Origin: Actinomycetota bacterium
GTDB taxonomy: Bacteria; Actinomycetota; Acidimicrobiia; IMCC26256; VFJJ01
Length of the DNA stretch: 64,000 nucleotides
NCBI GenBank assembly: GCA_009886115.1
Contig: VFJJ01000045.1
Location: 2,224-66,223, forward strand
Direction of reading: 5' to 3'
Under the pieces are notes generated by a model. It searched no databases. It worked only from the letters and a program-made list of their open reading frames with translations, and had not been told where the DNA came from. A program made the position numbers and the translations under genes. Shown here in pieces: positions 21,961-37,724 of this stretch. Position 1 is the stretch's first letter, and each line of letters begins with the position of its first letter.

Positions 21961-23502
21961 ATGGCATCGGTGGAAGTCCCCCGTGAGCTGAACGTGTTGG
22001 TGATCACCGTCGACCAGTGGCGCGGCGACACCCTGGGAGCCGTCGGCCATCCGCTCGTGCAGACTCCGAACCTCGACCGCTTGGCCGCCGCCGGGGTGCT
22101 GTTCCGTCGGCACTTCGCGCAGGCCGTTCCCTGCGGGCCCAGCCGCGCTTCGCTGCACACCGGCGTGTATCTCATGACGCATCGGAGCGTGAGCAACGGG
22201 ACACCGCTCGACGGGCGGTTCACCAACATGGCGCTCGAAGCGCGAGCGCTCGGGTACGCGCCGGCGTTGTTCGGATACACCGACACGAGCCCCGACCCCC
22301 GCGCCCTCGCTCCCGATGATCCGGCGCTCACGAGCTACGAGGGCGTCCTCCCGGGATACGACGCGATCGTGAACCTCCCTGAGGACGCGAAGGCGTGGGG
22401 GGAGTGGCTGGCGAACCGGCACGGTTACGACGTCCCCTCCGAGGTGAGGGAGCTCCTTCAACCCCAGCAAGGGTTTCCGGGTGCTGAGGGACGAGGTCCC
22501 ACGTTCTCGCCGGCGCGCTACAGGGCCGAGCACAGCGAAGCGGCGTTCCTCGTCGACGCGTTCACGAGCTGGGCTGCGCACCGGGCCCCACGCCATCCCG
22601 GTCCCTGGTTCGCCCATCTGGCGTTCATCCGTCCGCATCCGCCGTTCGTGGCCCCGGAGCCGTACCACGCCATGTACGACCCTGCCGACGTGCCGGCCGT
22701 TCGACGGGCCGCCACGATCGAGCAGGAGGTGGCCGTCCACCCGTTCCTGGCGGGAGCCGTCGGCAGCCCGCACGTCCGCGATCTCGAATGGGAGCGGTGG
22801 TGGCGCCAGGTGCGGGCCACGTACTACGGGATGATGAGTGAGGTCGACGCACAGCTCGGCCGGCTGTGGGACTGGCTGGTGGTCACCGGTCGTTGGGACG
22901 ACACCCTCGTCGTGCTCACCTCCGACCACGGCGAGCAACTCGGCGACCATTGGTTGTGGGGCAAGCTGGGCTGGTTCGACGAGTCGTACCACGTGCCGCT
23001 GATCGTGCGCGACCCCCTGGGCCGGGCCGAGGCCACTCGAGGGTCCCAGGTCGAGCGGTTCACCGAGCACGTCGACGTGTTCCCGACCGTCGTCGACCTC
23101 CTGGGTGGACGGGTGCCCCGTCAATGCGACGGTCGATCGCTCACGCCCTTCCTGCACGCCCCCGATCCGGTGGAAGCCGCCCCGGCGGACTGGCGCCACG
23201 AGGTGCACTGGGAGTGCGACTTCCGGGTTCCAGGCGCCTCGCGGGTCGACGAGCTGAACCTGTGCGTCCTGCGTGACGAGCACGGCAAGTACGTGCAGTT
23301 CGCGCTCCCGGGCCTGCCTGCGATCTTCTACGACCTCGACCTCGACCCTCACGAGACCGTCGATCGTGCGAGCGATCCGGCCTGGGCCCCCAAGGTGCTC
23401 GACTACGCGCAGCGCATGCTCGCCTGGCGCATGCGCAATGCCGACCGGACCCTCTCGCACCATCTTGTGGGCCCCGGCGGCCTCACGACGTTGACGTCCT
23501 GA
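21961..23502 (+). CDS. sulfatase (formylglycine-dependent) family protein
   Basis: NVLVITVDQWRGD, the C-x-P-x-R motif in AVPCGPSRASLHTG, and later LTSDHGE. Confidence 0.9.
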   Translation: MASVEVPRELNVLVITVDQWRGDTLGAVGHPLVQTPNLDRLAAAGVLFRRHFAQAVPCGPSRASLHTGVYLMTHRSVSNGTPLDGRFTNMALEARALGYAPALFGYTDTSPDPRALAPDDPALTSYEGVLPGYDAIVNLPEDAKAWGEWLANRHGYDVPSEVRELLQPQQGFPGAEGRGPTFSPARYRAEHSEAAFLVDAFTSWAAHRAPRHPGPWFAHLAFIRPHPPFVAPEPYHAMYDPADVPAVRRAATIEQEVAVHPFLAGAVGSPHVRDLEWERWWRQVRATYYGMMSEVDAQLGRLWDWLVVTGRWDDTLVVLTSDHGEQLGDHWLWGKLGWFDESYHVPLIVRDPLGRAEATRGSQVERFTEHVDVFPTVVDLLGGRVPRQCDGRSLTPFLHAPDPVEAAPADWRHEVHWECDFRVPGASRVDELNLCVLRDEHGKYVQFALPGLPAIFYDLDLDPHETVDRASDPAWAPKVLDYAQRMLAWRMRNADRTLSHHLVGPGGLTTLTS

Positions 23503-23558
23503 CACCACCGCACCACCCAGGCTTGCGGCTGCCGATGAGACCGCTGCGGCCGAGGCGC

Positions 23559-24116
23559 TCAGGCCTGGGGGCGGACGATCGCCAGGTCGGCGCTCTGCCC
23601 CAGCGCCGACGCCAACGCCACCAGCGCTCGTCCCTGCACGGCAGCCACGGCTGCGTACTCCTCGGTGAGCCCGCCGTCGTCGAAGCCTTCGCGAGGCACG
23701 TACAGGCCGGGAGGCACGACCCAGGCGGCGAAGAACCCCGAGAGCACGTTCCGGAGATCGTCGATCGCGAGGAAGTGGTGCAGCGATGCACCGGTGGCGA
23801 CGACGGCCACGGCCTTGCCGGCGAGGGGAGCGTCGGGCTCGCCCCAAAGACCCCGTGGCACGTGATCGAGGAGGGTCTTGAGCGGGAAGGCGTACGACGC
23901 CCGGTACACCGGCGATCCGAGCACCACGGCGTCGGCTCCTCGGATGGCGCCGAGCGCCTGTTCGACGGCTTCGCCGAGCGCATCACCGGCCAGCGCGACG
24001 ACCGAGGTCTCGGTGGCCGACCCGGCTGCGCCGCGAGCCGCCTCGATCACCAACCCCAAGGCCGTGGCGGTCTTGCCGCTGCCGGACGGGGAACCGTCGA
24101 TCGCCACGATTCGCAT
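23559..24116 (-). CDS. NAD(P)H-dependent FMN reductase-like oxidoreductase
   Basis: MRIVAIDGSPSGSGKT, ADAVVLGSPVYRASY. Flavodoxin-like fold pattern. Confidence 0.75.
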   Translation of the reverse strand: MRIVAIDGSPSGSGKTATALGLVIEAARGAAGSATETSVVALAGDALGEAVEQALGAIRGADAVVLGSPVYRASYAFPLKTLLDHVPRGLWGEPDAPLAGKAVAVVATGASLHHFLAIDDLRNVLSGFFAAWVVPPGLYVPREGFDDGGLTEEYAAVAAVQGRALVALASALGQSADLAIVRPQA

Positions 24117-24158
24117 GGTGCGATTGTGCCAGGGCTGACGGGGGCCGTGCCTCTGGGA

Positions 24159-26363
24159 TCACGAGTGCTGCGAGCGTCCGTGCTTCTTTCGAAGGCGCCC
24201 CACCCGGGCCAACGCCGCGTCGACCCGCTGGGAGCGGGCGATCTCGTCGAGCGAATAGCGGGTGCGCCTGCGCCAGTTGGGTCGCTCGGCCCCGGTGCCG
24301 GGGACGTTCTGGGGCTCGGGCTCGAGCCAGAGGTCCTCGAGGTTGACGACCACGAACGGCGACGGCGAACGGGCCATGAGCTCGTGCATCCGGTCGACCA
24401 GCTCGAGGCGACGGTCGTCCTGGGCCGTGGCTCCGGCGTGGGCTCCGGCTCCGGGCCCCGTGGCCTCGCCCGTGCCCGCGCGGCGCGGGTCGGGGGCCCA
24501 TCCGTCGACGCCGAGGCGGCGGGCCAGGTTGGCCACCAGCTTCTGGCGCCCGTGGCGTTCGGTGGTGGCACGCGCCTGGTCGATGAGGCCGATCTCGAGC
24601 TGCAGGTCGATGTCGGCGGCGTCGAGGTACGCGGCGAAGCTCGGGGTGTCGTGGGTGTCGAGCGACGCCACCGCAGGTGCTTGGGCGTCACGAACCCGAG
24701 CGTCGGCGCCGCCGATCGCGAACTGGTACACGTGGCATCCGAGCATCTGGTGGCGGTGCAGGGCCCGGTTCACCTCGGCCGGGACGACGCCCAGGTTCTC
24801 GCCCACGATCGGGACCCGGGACCGGTGCGACTCCAGGCACAACAGGGCCAGGAGCTCCTCGGCCGGCTGCCTCACATACACGCCTTCGGTCGCCTGCATG
24901 CCGTCGGGGACCCAGAACTGGCGGTACAGACCCATCACGTGGTCGACGCGCAACAGGCCGGCGAAGCGGAGGTGCTCGCGGAGCGCGAGCCACCAGGTCG
25001 AGTGCCCTGTTCTCCGGGCCGCCTCGGGACGCAGCGGGGGCAACCCCCAGCTCTGTCCGTCCTGGAACAACCGATCGGGTGGAGCGCCGATCGACACACC
25101 CGTGGCGTAGCTGGCTTGGTCGGTCCAGACGTCGTAGCCGTCGGGATGGGAACCGATCGGCAGGTCGAGCCAGAGGATCTGCCCTGTGTCGCGCAGGCGC
25201 CGGGCCAGCCCTCCGAGTTGCTCGGCCATCTGGGCCTGGGCGTAGCGGTGGTACCGGAACGCCGGCGATGCCATGAGCTCCCGGGCGAGCCGCCCGGGCA
25301 CGTCTCCGGAGCGAACCTGCGCCGGCCAGCGCCGCCAGTCGACCCCGTGCTGATCGGCCAGGGCTCGGAACATGGCGTATCGGTCGATCTCCGGGTTGGC
25401 AGCGAGTTGTCGGCCGAGCCCCGCCTGACGGCTGCCGGCCTCGGCGGCCCGGTCGGCCAGCCGCTGCAACAGCACGCGGCGGGCAGCGAAGACTGCCGCG
25501 TGGTCGACGAGGCGCCCGGAGCGGCCCCGTCCGCGCAGCTCCTGAGCCAGCCGGAGCTCGGCCAGCGCCGTCCGGCGGTCGTCGAGGTCGTCGAGCTCGG
25601 GGAGGCTCTCGAGATCGAGGTGCAGCTCGTTCCAGAACCTCCGACTGACAGGCGCGTACGGGGAGGGCTCGCAGGGCTGGTCCAGGAACGCGGCGAGCAG
25701 GGGCAACGTGGCGACGATCGTGCCGTGGTGGCGGGCGGCGATGGCGCCGAGGCGCTCGAGATCGGCCAGGTCACCGATACCCAGGCTGCGCCGCGAATGG
25801 AGCGCGTACAGCGGCGCGAAGATCCCCCAGGCCCTCCGGTTTCCCCAGAACTGGGCCCGTCGCGGCGCCGCGATGATGGAGGCGTGGGCGATCGTGTCGC
25901 CGACGCCGACGTCCACGCGGTGCACTCCGAACGGCAGGAGCGTCTCCAGGGGCACGCTCATGCTCACCCAGGCCGTGCCGTCGACGACCGCCTGCCCGTC
26001 GACGGCGAGCCGGCTCCGTCGGTGGACGGTCTCGACCTGCGTGCCGTCCTCCAACGTGACGAGCAGTCGAACCGATCCGCGCCAGCGGGCCGGGACCACG
26101 ATCTCGAGCGGGCCGGGATCACCGTCCCACGCGACGTGGACGGGATCGAGCGCCCGGGTCAGGCGCTCGCGTTCGTGCCGGCCGAGGGAATCGGTGATCT
26201 CGCCGGGGCTCGCCGCCGCGACCCCGAGCGCCTGCAGGACCGCGATGACAGCGGCACGCGTCGCTGTCACCGAGCGCTCGTCGGCGCTCTTGTACGAGGT
26301 TTGGACTCCATGGGCCCGCGCCAGCGCCCGAAGCTCGGGGTCGAGGCTCGTCCGTGAGCGCAT
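24159..26363 (-). CDS. malQ: 4-alpha-glucanotransferase (GH77, amylomaltase) with an N-terminal extension
   Basis: WGIFAPLYALHS..SLGIGDLADL, YAPVSRRFWN, LRVDHVMGL.RQFW.P, IVGENLGVVP. Confidence 0.9.
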   Translation of the reverse strand: MRSRTSLDPELRALARAHGVQTSYKSADERSVTATRAAVIAVLQALGVAAASPGEITDSLGRHERERLTRALDPVHVAWDGDPGPLEIVVPARWRGSVRLLVTLEDGTQVETVHRRSRLAVDGQAVVDGTAWVSMSVPLETLLPFGVHRVDVGVGDTIAHASIIAAPRRAQFWGNRRAWGIFAPLYALHSRRSLGIGDLADLERLGAIAARHHGTIVATLPLLAAFLDQPCEPSPYAPVSRRFWNELHLDLESLPELDDLDDRRTALAELRLAQELRGRGRSGRLVDHAAVFAARRVLLQRLADRAAEAGSRQAGLGRQLAANPEIDRYAMFRALADQHGVDWRRWPAQVRSGDVPGRLARELMASPAFRYHRYAQAQMAEQLGGLARRLRDTGQILWLDLPIGSHPDGYDVWTDQASYATGVSIGAPPDRLFQDGQSWGLPPLRPEAARRTGHSTWWLALREHLRFAGLLRVDHVMGLYRQFWVPDGMQATEGVYVRQPAEELLALLCLESHRSRVPIVGENLGVVPAEVNRALHRHQMLGCHVYQFAIGGADARVRDAQAPAVASLDTHDTPSFAAYLDAADIDLQLEIGLIDQARATTERHGRQKLVANLARRLGVDGWAPDPRRAGTGEATGPGAGAHAGATAQDDRRLELVDRMHELMARSPSPFVVVNLEDLWLEPEPQNVPGTGAERPNWRRRTRYSLDEIARSQRVDAALARVGRLRKKHGRSQHS

Positions 26364-26493
26364 GGCGTGACATTAGGGCCCGTCGACAGTGCGTTCGGCC
26401 GCACGTAGGCGCTCACCCGGGTGGGTGGGGTCGATCTCGGTGACAGCGACCCGATCGCGCTGGGGCACGTGTCGGGGCGGATACCGTGACAGC

Positions 26494-27102
26494 ATGCCTG
26501 TCAGTCCCGTTCCGCCGCTGTGGAATTCCGCGAACGCCGAGCGGCTCCGGTCGTGGATCGTCCCGTTCGTCCAGGCGACGGGCCGGTTCTACCGGAGGGT
26601 TGGTCGTCTGTTCACCATGCTGGCTGTCGGCGCACTGGCGGCGGCGGTCGTGGTCTGGCTCGTCCAGCCCTGGACATGGCCCGACGGAGATGGCGGCTCC
26701 ACACGGATCCTGGGCGGTCTGGCGCTTCTCGTGGTGCTCTTGGTGCCGGCGTTCGCGGCGATCTGGGTGCGCGGGAACCTCCGGGCGGCGGCGGCGGTCG
26801 AGCCGGGCCATGTGGAGCAGGAGATCCAGAGCCTCGTCGTGGGCGTGGGCGCCCTCGGTGAGGAGCTCACGGGTCTCATCTCCGAGGCCGGCGAAGGTGG
26901 CACCCTCGGCAAGCTCAAGGCGCTGAACGATCTCCGCCAGCTGCGAGACCGCGCCGGCGAGCAGCTTGCCAGCATCGAGCTCGCCGGCATCCGGCGCCTG
27001 GGGTTCGTCGGCCGTCCCGGCTTCCAGCTCGGTTCCCTGGTCGCCATCGGCGGCGCCGCCGCGATCGTGGTGGTCGTGCTCCCCGTGGCACTGCTCATCT
27101 GA
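26494..27102 (+). CDS. hypothetical membrane protein
   Basis: Three hydrophobic segments (MLAVGALAAAVVVWLV, LALLVVLLVPAFAAIWV, LVAIGGAAAIVVVVLPVALLI). Start at ATG 26494; I recognise no family. Confidence 0.55.
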   Translation: MPVSPVPPLWNSANAERLRSWIVPFVQATGRFYRRVGRLFTMLAVGALAAAVVVWLVQPWTWPDGDGGSTRILGGLALLVVLLVPAFAAIWVRGNLRAAAAVEPGHVEQEIQSLVVGVGALGEELTGLISEAGEGGTLGKLKALNDLRQLRDRAGEQLASIELAGIRRLGFVGRPGFQLGSLVAIGGAAAIVVVVLPVALLI

Positions 27103-27165
27103 GCCCTGAGCCCTGCGCCCTGAGCCCTGCGGGCCTTGAGCCTTGAGCCCTGAGCCCTGCGGGCC
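27100..27165. repeat. degenerate 7-nt tandem repeat (TGAGCCC / TGCGCCC / TTGAGCC), about 9 units
   Basis: Read directly. It starts at the stop codon at 27100-27102 and fills the gap between convergent genes. Confidence 0.9.
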
Positions 27166-27175
27166 GGTTCCGGGG

Positions 27176-29703
<2,528 letters not shown>

Positions 29704-29717
29704 TCGGCTCCATCACC

Positions 29718-32393
<2,676 letters not shown>

Positions 32394-32406
32394 CGACGAG
32401 CCTCAA

Positions 32407-32446
32407 CCGGTGCCGGTGCCGGTGCCGGTGCCATCCGACCGGTCGG
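32407..32446. repeat. (CCGGTG)x4 tandem repeat followed by the 12-nt palindrome CCGACCGGTCGG
   Basis: Read directly, 14 nt after the TAG of the topoisomerase A gene and between convergent genes. Confidence 0.9.
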
Positions 32447-32473
32447 GTCGGGAGCGGAGCGGGCCTCGTGGCC

Positions 32474-33130
32474 CTACAGGTGGATCTCGGTGTAGAGCTG
32501 TGATCCCAGCGTGACGATGGGGCAGTCCTTCCCCGTGATCGTCTCCATGAGCTTCTGACCCTTGGGGCTGGCCATGAGTGCGTCGGACGCGGCTCCGAAC
32601 GCCCGGTTGCTCTCATACTCCACCACGCTCACGTGGGTGTCGGCCATCTCGCCGGCCATGGTGGCCTGGAGTAGCCGGCTCCTGAGCGCACCACCGGCTT
32701 CGAGAAGGTCGAAGGCGTCCGATGCGAGCTGGAGCGCCTGGGTGAAGCGACCGGGCACGGGCTTGCTCATGTACACGGCGACGATCGTCCCCCGTCCGGT
32801 GGCCGCGCGTCGGTCGAGGGGGATCTCGGTGAAGATGCCGGCCGACTCGGCGATGATGGGCGAGTCGACCGCGGCGCTGCGGTTGACGATGGTGGTGGTC
32901 TCGACGTCGAGCGCGGTCTCGTCGGTGAACGTGCCGTAGGCGGTCAGGTCGGCGAACTCGCAGCTCATCGAGATCGATCCGGTCGCCGAGCCGGCAACGG
33001 CCGCTTGCATCACGCGGATGTCCTGGCCGCCGTGGCGTTCGATCAGCTTGGCGGCCTCGTGAAGCAGGGCGATGCTGGCGTCGAGCCGTCCCGGCTTGGG
33101 ACGGCACATCCAGGTACTCACAACGGTCAT
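32474..33130 (-). CDS. hypothetical protein made of two homologous halves of about 105 aa (dimeric alpha/beta-barrel-like)
   Basis: The halves align by eye: VVSTWMCRPKPGRLDASIALLHEAAKLIERHGG... against IVAVYMSKPVPGRFTQALQLASDAFDLLEAGGA.... Both end with ...TEIPL / ...TEIHL. An AGGAGG sits 8 nt upstream of the ATG. Confidence 0.65.
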   Translation of the reverse strand: MTVVSTWMCRPKPGRLDASIALLHEAAKLIERHGGQDIRVMQAAVAGSATGSISMSCEFADLTAYGTFTDETALDVETTTIVNRSAAVDSPIIAESAGIFTEIPLDRRAATGRGTIVAVYMSKPVPGRFTQALQLASDAFDLLEAGGALRSRLLQATMAGEMADTHVSVVEYESNRAFGAASDALMASPKGQKLMETITGKDCPIVTLGSQLYTEIHL

Positions 33131-33514
33131 GACAATGCCTCCTGGGGCAGGGGAGCGCGACCGCCTGAGGCCGCGTTCCTACGAGGATCGGTGCGGACGG
33201 GTTGGAGACGAACAAGGAACGGTTCGAGCCGACACACGCCGGTCCGCTCAGGGTTCTCGAACCCGGTGGCAGCGTCGGCGCGTCACTGCATGCGACAGCA
33301 GCACATAGGCATCACCCTCCCGGGCCGTCGCTGAGCGACGGTCAACCCGCGGCGGTGGGGACGTTGAGCACGGCCGCACCACCGTGGCGGCGTCGAACCC
33401 ATCGTCCAGTGTGCGCTCATGAACGGCCCGAGTCCAGACCCTTTTCACCCCGTGTGAGCGCTTCGAGCAACTCGGGCAACGCCCGTCTGACGGCGGATGG
33501 GCCGTGGGCAGCGG

Positions 33515-34381
33515 TCAGTCGTCGTCGTCGTCGGTTGGGGGCGATCCCAGGAGCGACGCGTCGGAGGTGAGGCGCTGGGCCACGAAGATCGGGATCATCA
33601 TCACGACCACCACCGCCATGGCGACGACGTTCGTCACCGGGCGATTGCGGGGCCGGTTGACGATGCTGTCGAAGATCCACAGGGGGGCTGTCCGCTGCGA
33701 GCCCCCGGCGGTGAACCGTGTGACGATCACCTCGTCGAACGACAAGGCGAACGCCAGCATCCCGCCGGCCAGCAGGGCTGTCCCGATGTTGGGGAGCAGC
33801 ACGTAGCGGAACGTCTGCCAGCCGGTGGCTCCGAGGTCCATCGACGCTTCGATGATCGAGCCCGACGTGCGCCGCAGGCGGGCGAGCACGTTGTTGTACA
33901 CGACCACGATGCAGAAGGTGGCGTGCCCCGCGACGATCGTCCAGAACGTGAAGTCGATGCCGAGGACGTTGATGCTCGAGCGCAGGGCGATGCCGGTGAC
34001 GATGCCCGGAAGGGCAAGAGGCAGCACGAGCAGCAGCGAGATGGTCTCACGGCCGAAGAACCGGGTGCGGGCGACGGCCGCAGCGGCGAGCGAGCCCAGC
34101 ACCAGCGCGGCGACCGTGGCCACGATCCCGACCTTGAACGACAACCAGACGGCGTCGCGCACGTCCTGGTTGTCCCAGGCGATCTCGAACCATTTCCCGG
34201 TCAGGCCCGGAGGGGGGAACGTGAACGCCTGGTCGTCGGTCGTGAACGCATACAGGAAGACGATCAGAACGGGCACGTTCAAGAACAGCAGAACGCCGAG
34301 CACCGCAGCCTTGAGCCCCCAACGGCGGGGTGCGCGCTCGGTCTGGTCGGGTGCGTCGATCTTGTAACCGCCCTCGGCCAT
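33515..34381 (-). CDS. ABC transporter permease (PotC-like)
   Basis: The permease EAA region is [23 protein letters not shown], with six hydrophobic segments. The ATG shares one nt with the upstream permease stop. Confidence 0.85.
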   Translation of the reverse strand: MAEGGYKIDAPDQTERAPRRWGLKAAVLGVLLFLNVPVLIVFLYAFTTDDQAFTFPPPGLTGKWFEIAWDNQDVRDAVWLSFKVGIVATVAALVLGSLAAAAVARTRFFGRETISLLLVLPLALPGIVTGIALRSSINVLGIDFTFWTIVAGHATFCIVVVYNNVLARLRRTSGSIIEASMDLGATGWQTFRYVLLPNIGTALLAGGMLAFALSFDEVIVTRFTAGGSQRTAPLWIFDSIVNRPRNRPVTNVVAMAVVVVMMIPIFVAQRLTSDASLLGSPPTDDDDD

Positions 34382-35340
34382 CAGAGCGCCTCGAACGCGC
34401 CCAGGCGCTTGGCGATGGTGAGGTAGACGGCCATGATCGCGATGGGTACGAAGGTGAAGGCCGCGGCGAGGGGCAGGTTTCCGGCGACTCCTTGGTACAC
34501 ATAGACCTGCGCCCCGATCACGGGCTTCGAGTTCCCGATGATCGTGGGAACGATGTAGTCGCCCAGGGTGAGCGAAAACGTGAAGATCGATCCGGCGACG
34601 ACCCCGGGGAGTGCGAGCGGCCAGATCACCGACCGGAAGACCGTGGCGGGTCTGGCCCCGAGGTCACCAGCCGCCTCGACGAATGAGCGGGGGACCCGCT
34701 CGAGCGCCGCGTGCACGGGCAGCACCATGTAGGGCAGCCAGACGTACGTGAACACGATGAACTGGCCGAGCAGCGAGAAGGTGAGGCCCTGGCCGCCGAT
34801 GTACGGGAGGTCGAGGGCCCATTCGAGACCCTTGCCGAGCCCGACCTTGTCGAGCGACCACGGCAGGGCACCCTCCTTGGCCATGATCAGCTTCCACGAG
34901 TACACGCGCACGAGGTAGTTCGACCACAGCGGCATGATCGCCAGGAACAACAGGACCGCCTTCACCCGCCGGGTGGCGTAGCGGGCCATGAAGTACGCGA
35001 GCGGGTACGCCAGCATTGCGCAGGCGATGGTGACCGCCAGGGCCATGAGCACGGTGCGGCCCACGATGATGCGGTTGGTTTCGTTCGACCAGAGCCGTTC
35101 CCAGGTATCGAAGCCGAGGTCGTGGCGGACCTTCCCGGCGAAGTCGTCGAACGTGTAGAAGCTCTGCCACACCAGGCCGAGCAGCGAGCCGAGGTACACA
35201 CCACCGAGCCACAGCATCGGCGGTCCGAGAAGCAGCCCCAGCCGCAGCTTGGGGTGGCGCCACAAGAATGCGGACGCGCGCCGCCCCACCCCGCGTCGTT
35301 GCGGGGTGGGGACCGACGGCGGTGTCGAGACGACGGTCAA
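34381..35340 (-). CDS. ABC transporter permease (PotB-like)
   Basis: The EAA region is [27 protein letters not shown], in a polytopic protein. Confidence 0.85.
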   Translation of the reverse strand: MTVVSTPPSVPTPQRRGVGRRASAFLWRHPKLRLGLLLGPPMLWLGGVYLGSLLGLVWQSFYTFDDFAGKVRHDLGFDTWERLWSNETNRIIVGRTVLMALAVTIACAMLAYPLAYFMARYATRRVKAVLLFLAIMPLWSNYLVRVYSWKLIMAKEGALPWSLDKVGLGKGLEWALDLPYIGGQGLTFSLLGQFIVFTYVWLPYMVLPVHAALERVPRSFVEAAGDLGARPATVFRSVIWPLALPGVVAGSIFTFSLTLGDYIVPTIIGNSKPVIGAQVYVYQGVAGNLPLAAAFTFVPIAIMAVYLTIAKRLGAFEAL

Positions 35341-35354
35341 CGAACGCTCACGGA

Positions 35355-36602
35355 TCAGCCGTTCATGACCGCCTGGTACTCCTCGGTCCAGGTCGAGTAC
35401 GGGATGCAGTCGGTACCGGCGCCGAAGCAGTCGGCCTGCGGCGTCTTCCAGAAGCGGATCTGGTCGAAGTTGTCGAAGCCGTTGGTGGCGCAGCCCTGAG
35501 GCCCGAGCAACTCGCTGCCGGTGCAGCCATCAGGCACTGCCGGGGCCGAGCCGAACCAGGCTGCGACATCCCCCTGCACCTTCGGGTTGAGCGACCACTC
35601 CATCCAGGCGTAGGCACAGTTCGGGTGTGGGGCCGCGGCTGAGAGCATCGTGGTGTCGGCCCAGCCCGTGGCCCCTTCCTCGGGGACGGTCGAGGCGATG
35701 GGAGCCCCCGCCGCCACCAGCGTGTTCACCTGGTAGGGCCACGACGACGACGCCACGATGCCCTCGTTCGTGAAGTCGTCGATCTGCACGGTGACGTCGT
35801 GCCAGTAACGACTCACGAGGTCACGCTGGGCAGTGAGGAGCTCGATGGCGGCGTCGAACTGCTCCTGGTTCAACGCGTACGGGTCCGTGATGCCCAGGTC
35901 GGGCTGTGTGGCCATGAGGTAGAGGGCGGCGTCGGCGATGTAGATCGGGCCGTCGTACGCCTGGACCCGGCCCTCGTTCGACTCCCCGTCGGGGAGCTCG
36001 CCGGCCTCGAACACGACGCTCCAGCTCGTGGGCGGCTCGGGGAACGCCTCGGTGTTGTACATGAGTACGTTCGAGCCCCACTGGTAGGGCACGCCGTAGT
36101 GATCGGTCCCGACCGTGTACCACGGCGCATCCTTGAGCCGCTCGTCGACGGTGGCATAGCTCGGGATCCGGTTCAGATCGACAGGCACGACGGTCTCTCC
36201 GGCGATCAGACGGTTCGACGCATCGCCCGATGCCGTGACGAGGTCGTATTCGTCGGAGCCGGTCATGAGCGACACCATCTCGTCGGATGTCCCGGCCGTG
36301 GTGACCGTGACCTCGCAACCGGTGTCGGTCTCGAAGGCCGTGACCCAGTCGTACGCCGAGTCGGTCGTCCCGTCCTCGATGTAGCCCGCCCAGGCGACGA
36401 TGTTCACGGCCCCTTCGAGCTCGCCGGCAGGCCCAGCGGCTTCGCCGGTTGTCGTGCCGGTTTCGCCTGCCGTTGCCGCCGTGGTCGTCTCGACTGCGTC
36501 ACCGCCAGCGTCGTCGTCGTCATCGTCACCGCAGGCCGCCACCACGAGGCTCAGCACAGCCAGGAGCGCGGCGGCTCTCGTGTAACGCTTGCTCATCTTC
36601 AT
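35355..36602 (-). CDS. ABC transporter substrate-binding lipoprotein (polyamine PotD/F-like)
   Basis: Lipoprotein signal [24 protein letters not shown] followed by a poly-Asp linker. Start at ATG 36602, overlapping the ATPase stop (ATGA). Confidence 0.8.
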   Translation of the reverse strand: MKMSKRYTRAAALLAVLSLVVAACGDDDDDDAGGDAVETTTAATAGETGTTTGEAAGPAGELEGAVNIVAWAGYIEDGTTDSAYDWVTAFETDTGCEVTVTTAGTSDEMVSLMTGSDEYDLVTASGDASNRLIAGETVVPVDLNRIPSYATVDERLKDAPWYTVGTDHYGVPYQWGSNVLMYNTEAFPEPPTSWSVVFEAGELPDGESNEGRVQAYDGPIYIADAALYLMATQPDLGITDPYALNQEQFDAAIELLTAQRDLVSRYWHDVTVQIDDFTNEGIVASSSWPYQVNTLVAAGAPIASTVPEEGATGWADTTMLSAAAPHPNCAYAWMEWSLNPKVQGDVAAWFGSAPAVPDGCTGSELLGPQGCATNGFDNFDQIRFWKTPQADCFGAGTDCIPYSTWTEEYQAVMNG

Positions 36603-37663
36603 GAATCCCCCTTGATCGTCATGTCCCGATTGGCATCGGATGGCCAGACGGCCCGTACCCGGCAACCTCGCCCGATCGTCGTCGGACCGGCTCCCGTCAC
36701 CGTCTGGTTCTGCTGCACCACCACGAGGTCGAAGCCGGCATCGGCCTCGACCAGGTAGCGGGTCTGGGCGCCGAGATACACGACGTCACGAACCACGCCA
36801 TCGGCCGAGCAGTCATTCTGCGAGACCTCCGGAGGTGTGACGCCCTCGTACCGGCGCAGCACGATCTTCTCGGGACGAACCGTGAAGGGTTCGGGTGAGC
36901 CGACGACGCTCAGCGCGGCATCGGCGTTCACGACGTTGGAGATACCGACGAATCCGGCTACGAACTCCGACGAGGGATGCTCGTACACGTCGGCCGGGGC
37001 ACCGACCTGCTCGACGCGACCGGCGTTGAAGACCGCGATGCGGTCGCTCATCGTGAGGGCCTCCTCCTGGTCGTGGGTCACGAAGATGAACGTGATCCCG
37101 ACCTCGCGCTGGATGCGCTTGAGCTCAACCTGCATCTCCTGGCGCAGCTTGAGGTCCAGCGCGCCGAGTGGCTCGTCGAGCAACAGCACCTTGGGCCGGT
37201 TGACCAGAGCCCGAGCCAGCGCCACTCGTTGGCGTTGCCCGCCCGAGAGCTGGGACGGCTTACGGGCACCGAAGCTCTCGAGCCTGACGAGCGCCAAGGC
37301 CTCGTCAACGCGCTGGGTCCGCTCGGCGCGGGCGACGCGCCGCACCTTGAGCCCGTACCCGACGTTGTCGAGCACCGTCATGTGGGGGAACAGGGCGTAG
37401 TCCTGAAACACGGTGTTGACGTCGCGGTCGTAGGGCGCGATCCGCGACACGTCGGCGCCGTACAGCAGGATCTGGCCGGCGCTCGGTCGTTCGAAGCCGC
37501 CGATCAGCCGGAGACAGGTGGTCTTGCCCGAGCCGGACGGGCCGAGCATCGAGAAGAATTCGCCGTCGACGATCTCGAGATCGACGGCATCCACGGCCCG
37601 AACCGAGCCGAAGCGGCGCGACACACCGATGAACTCGACCGCCGCTCTGGCGACGTCGCCCAT
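36599..37663 (-). CDS. ABC transporter ATP-binding protein (PotA-like)
   Basis: [48 protein letters not shown]. An alternative start lies at 37693. Confidence 0.9.
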   Translation of the reverse strand: MGDVARAAVEFIGVSRRFGSVRAVDAVDLEIVDGEFFSMLGPSGSGKTTCLRLIGGFERPSAGQILLYGADVSRIAPYDRDVNTVFQDYALFPHMTVLDNVGYGLKVRRVARAERTQRVDEALALVRLESFGARKPSQLSGGQRQRVALARALVNRPKVLLLDEPLGALDLKLRQEMQVELKRIQREVGITFIFVTHDQEEALTMSDRIAVFNAGRVEQVGAPADVYEHPSSEFVAGFVGISNVVNADAALSVVGSPEPFTVRPEKIVLRRYEGVTPPEVSQNDCSADGVVRDVVYLGAQTRYLVEADAGFDLVVVQQNQTVTGAGPTTIGRGCRVRAVWPSDANRDMTIKGDS

Positions 37664-37724
37664 CTCACCCCCTCGGACTCTCCGCCGGATCACCGTGGAA
37701 CCCTGCCAGCGGCGCGGGGTCAGG

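Noticed and set aside
23523-26357. 944-aa plus-strand ORF across the FMN-reductase and malQ loci
   Set aside because: It is antisense to two motif-supported genes, and the sequence is Arg/Gly/Pro-rich and non-globular.
33131-33514. 385-nt gap upstream (minus strand) of the duplicated-domain gene, considered as a riboswitch or ncRNA
   Set aside because: I could find only small hairpins (CCGTCGC-TCA-GCGACGG near 33328-33344, plausibly the pot-operon terminator) and no match to any riboswitch consensus I know. The small ORFs here have no supporting features.
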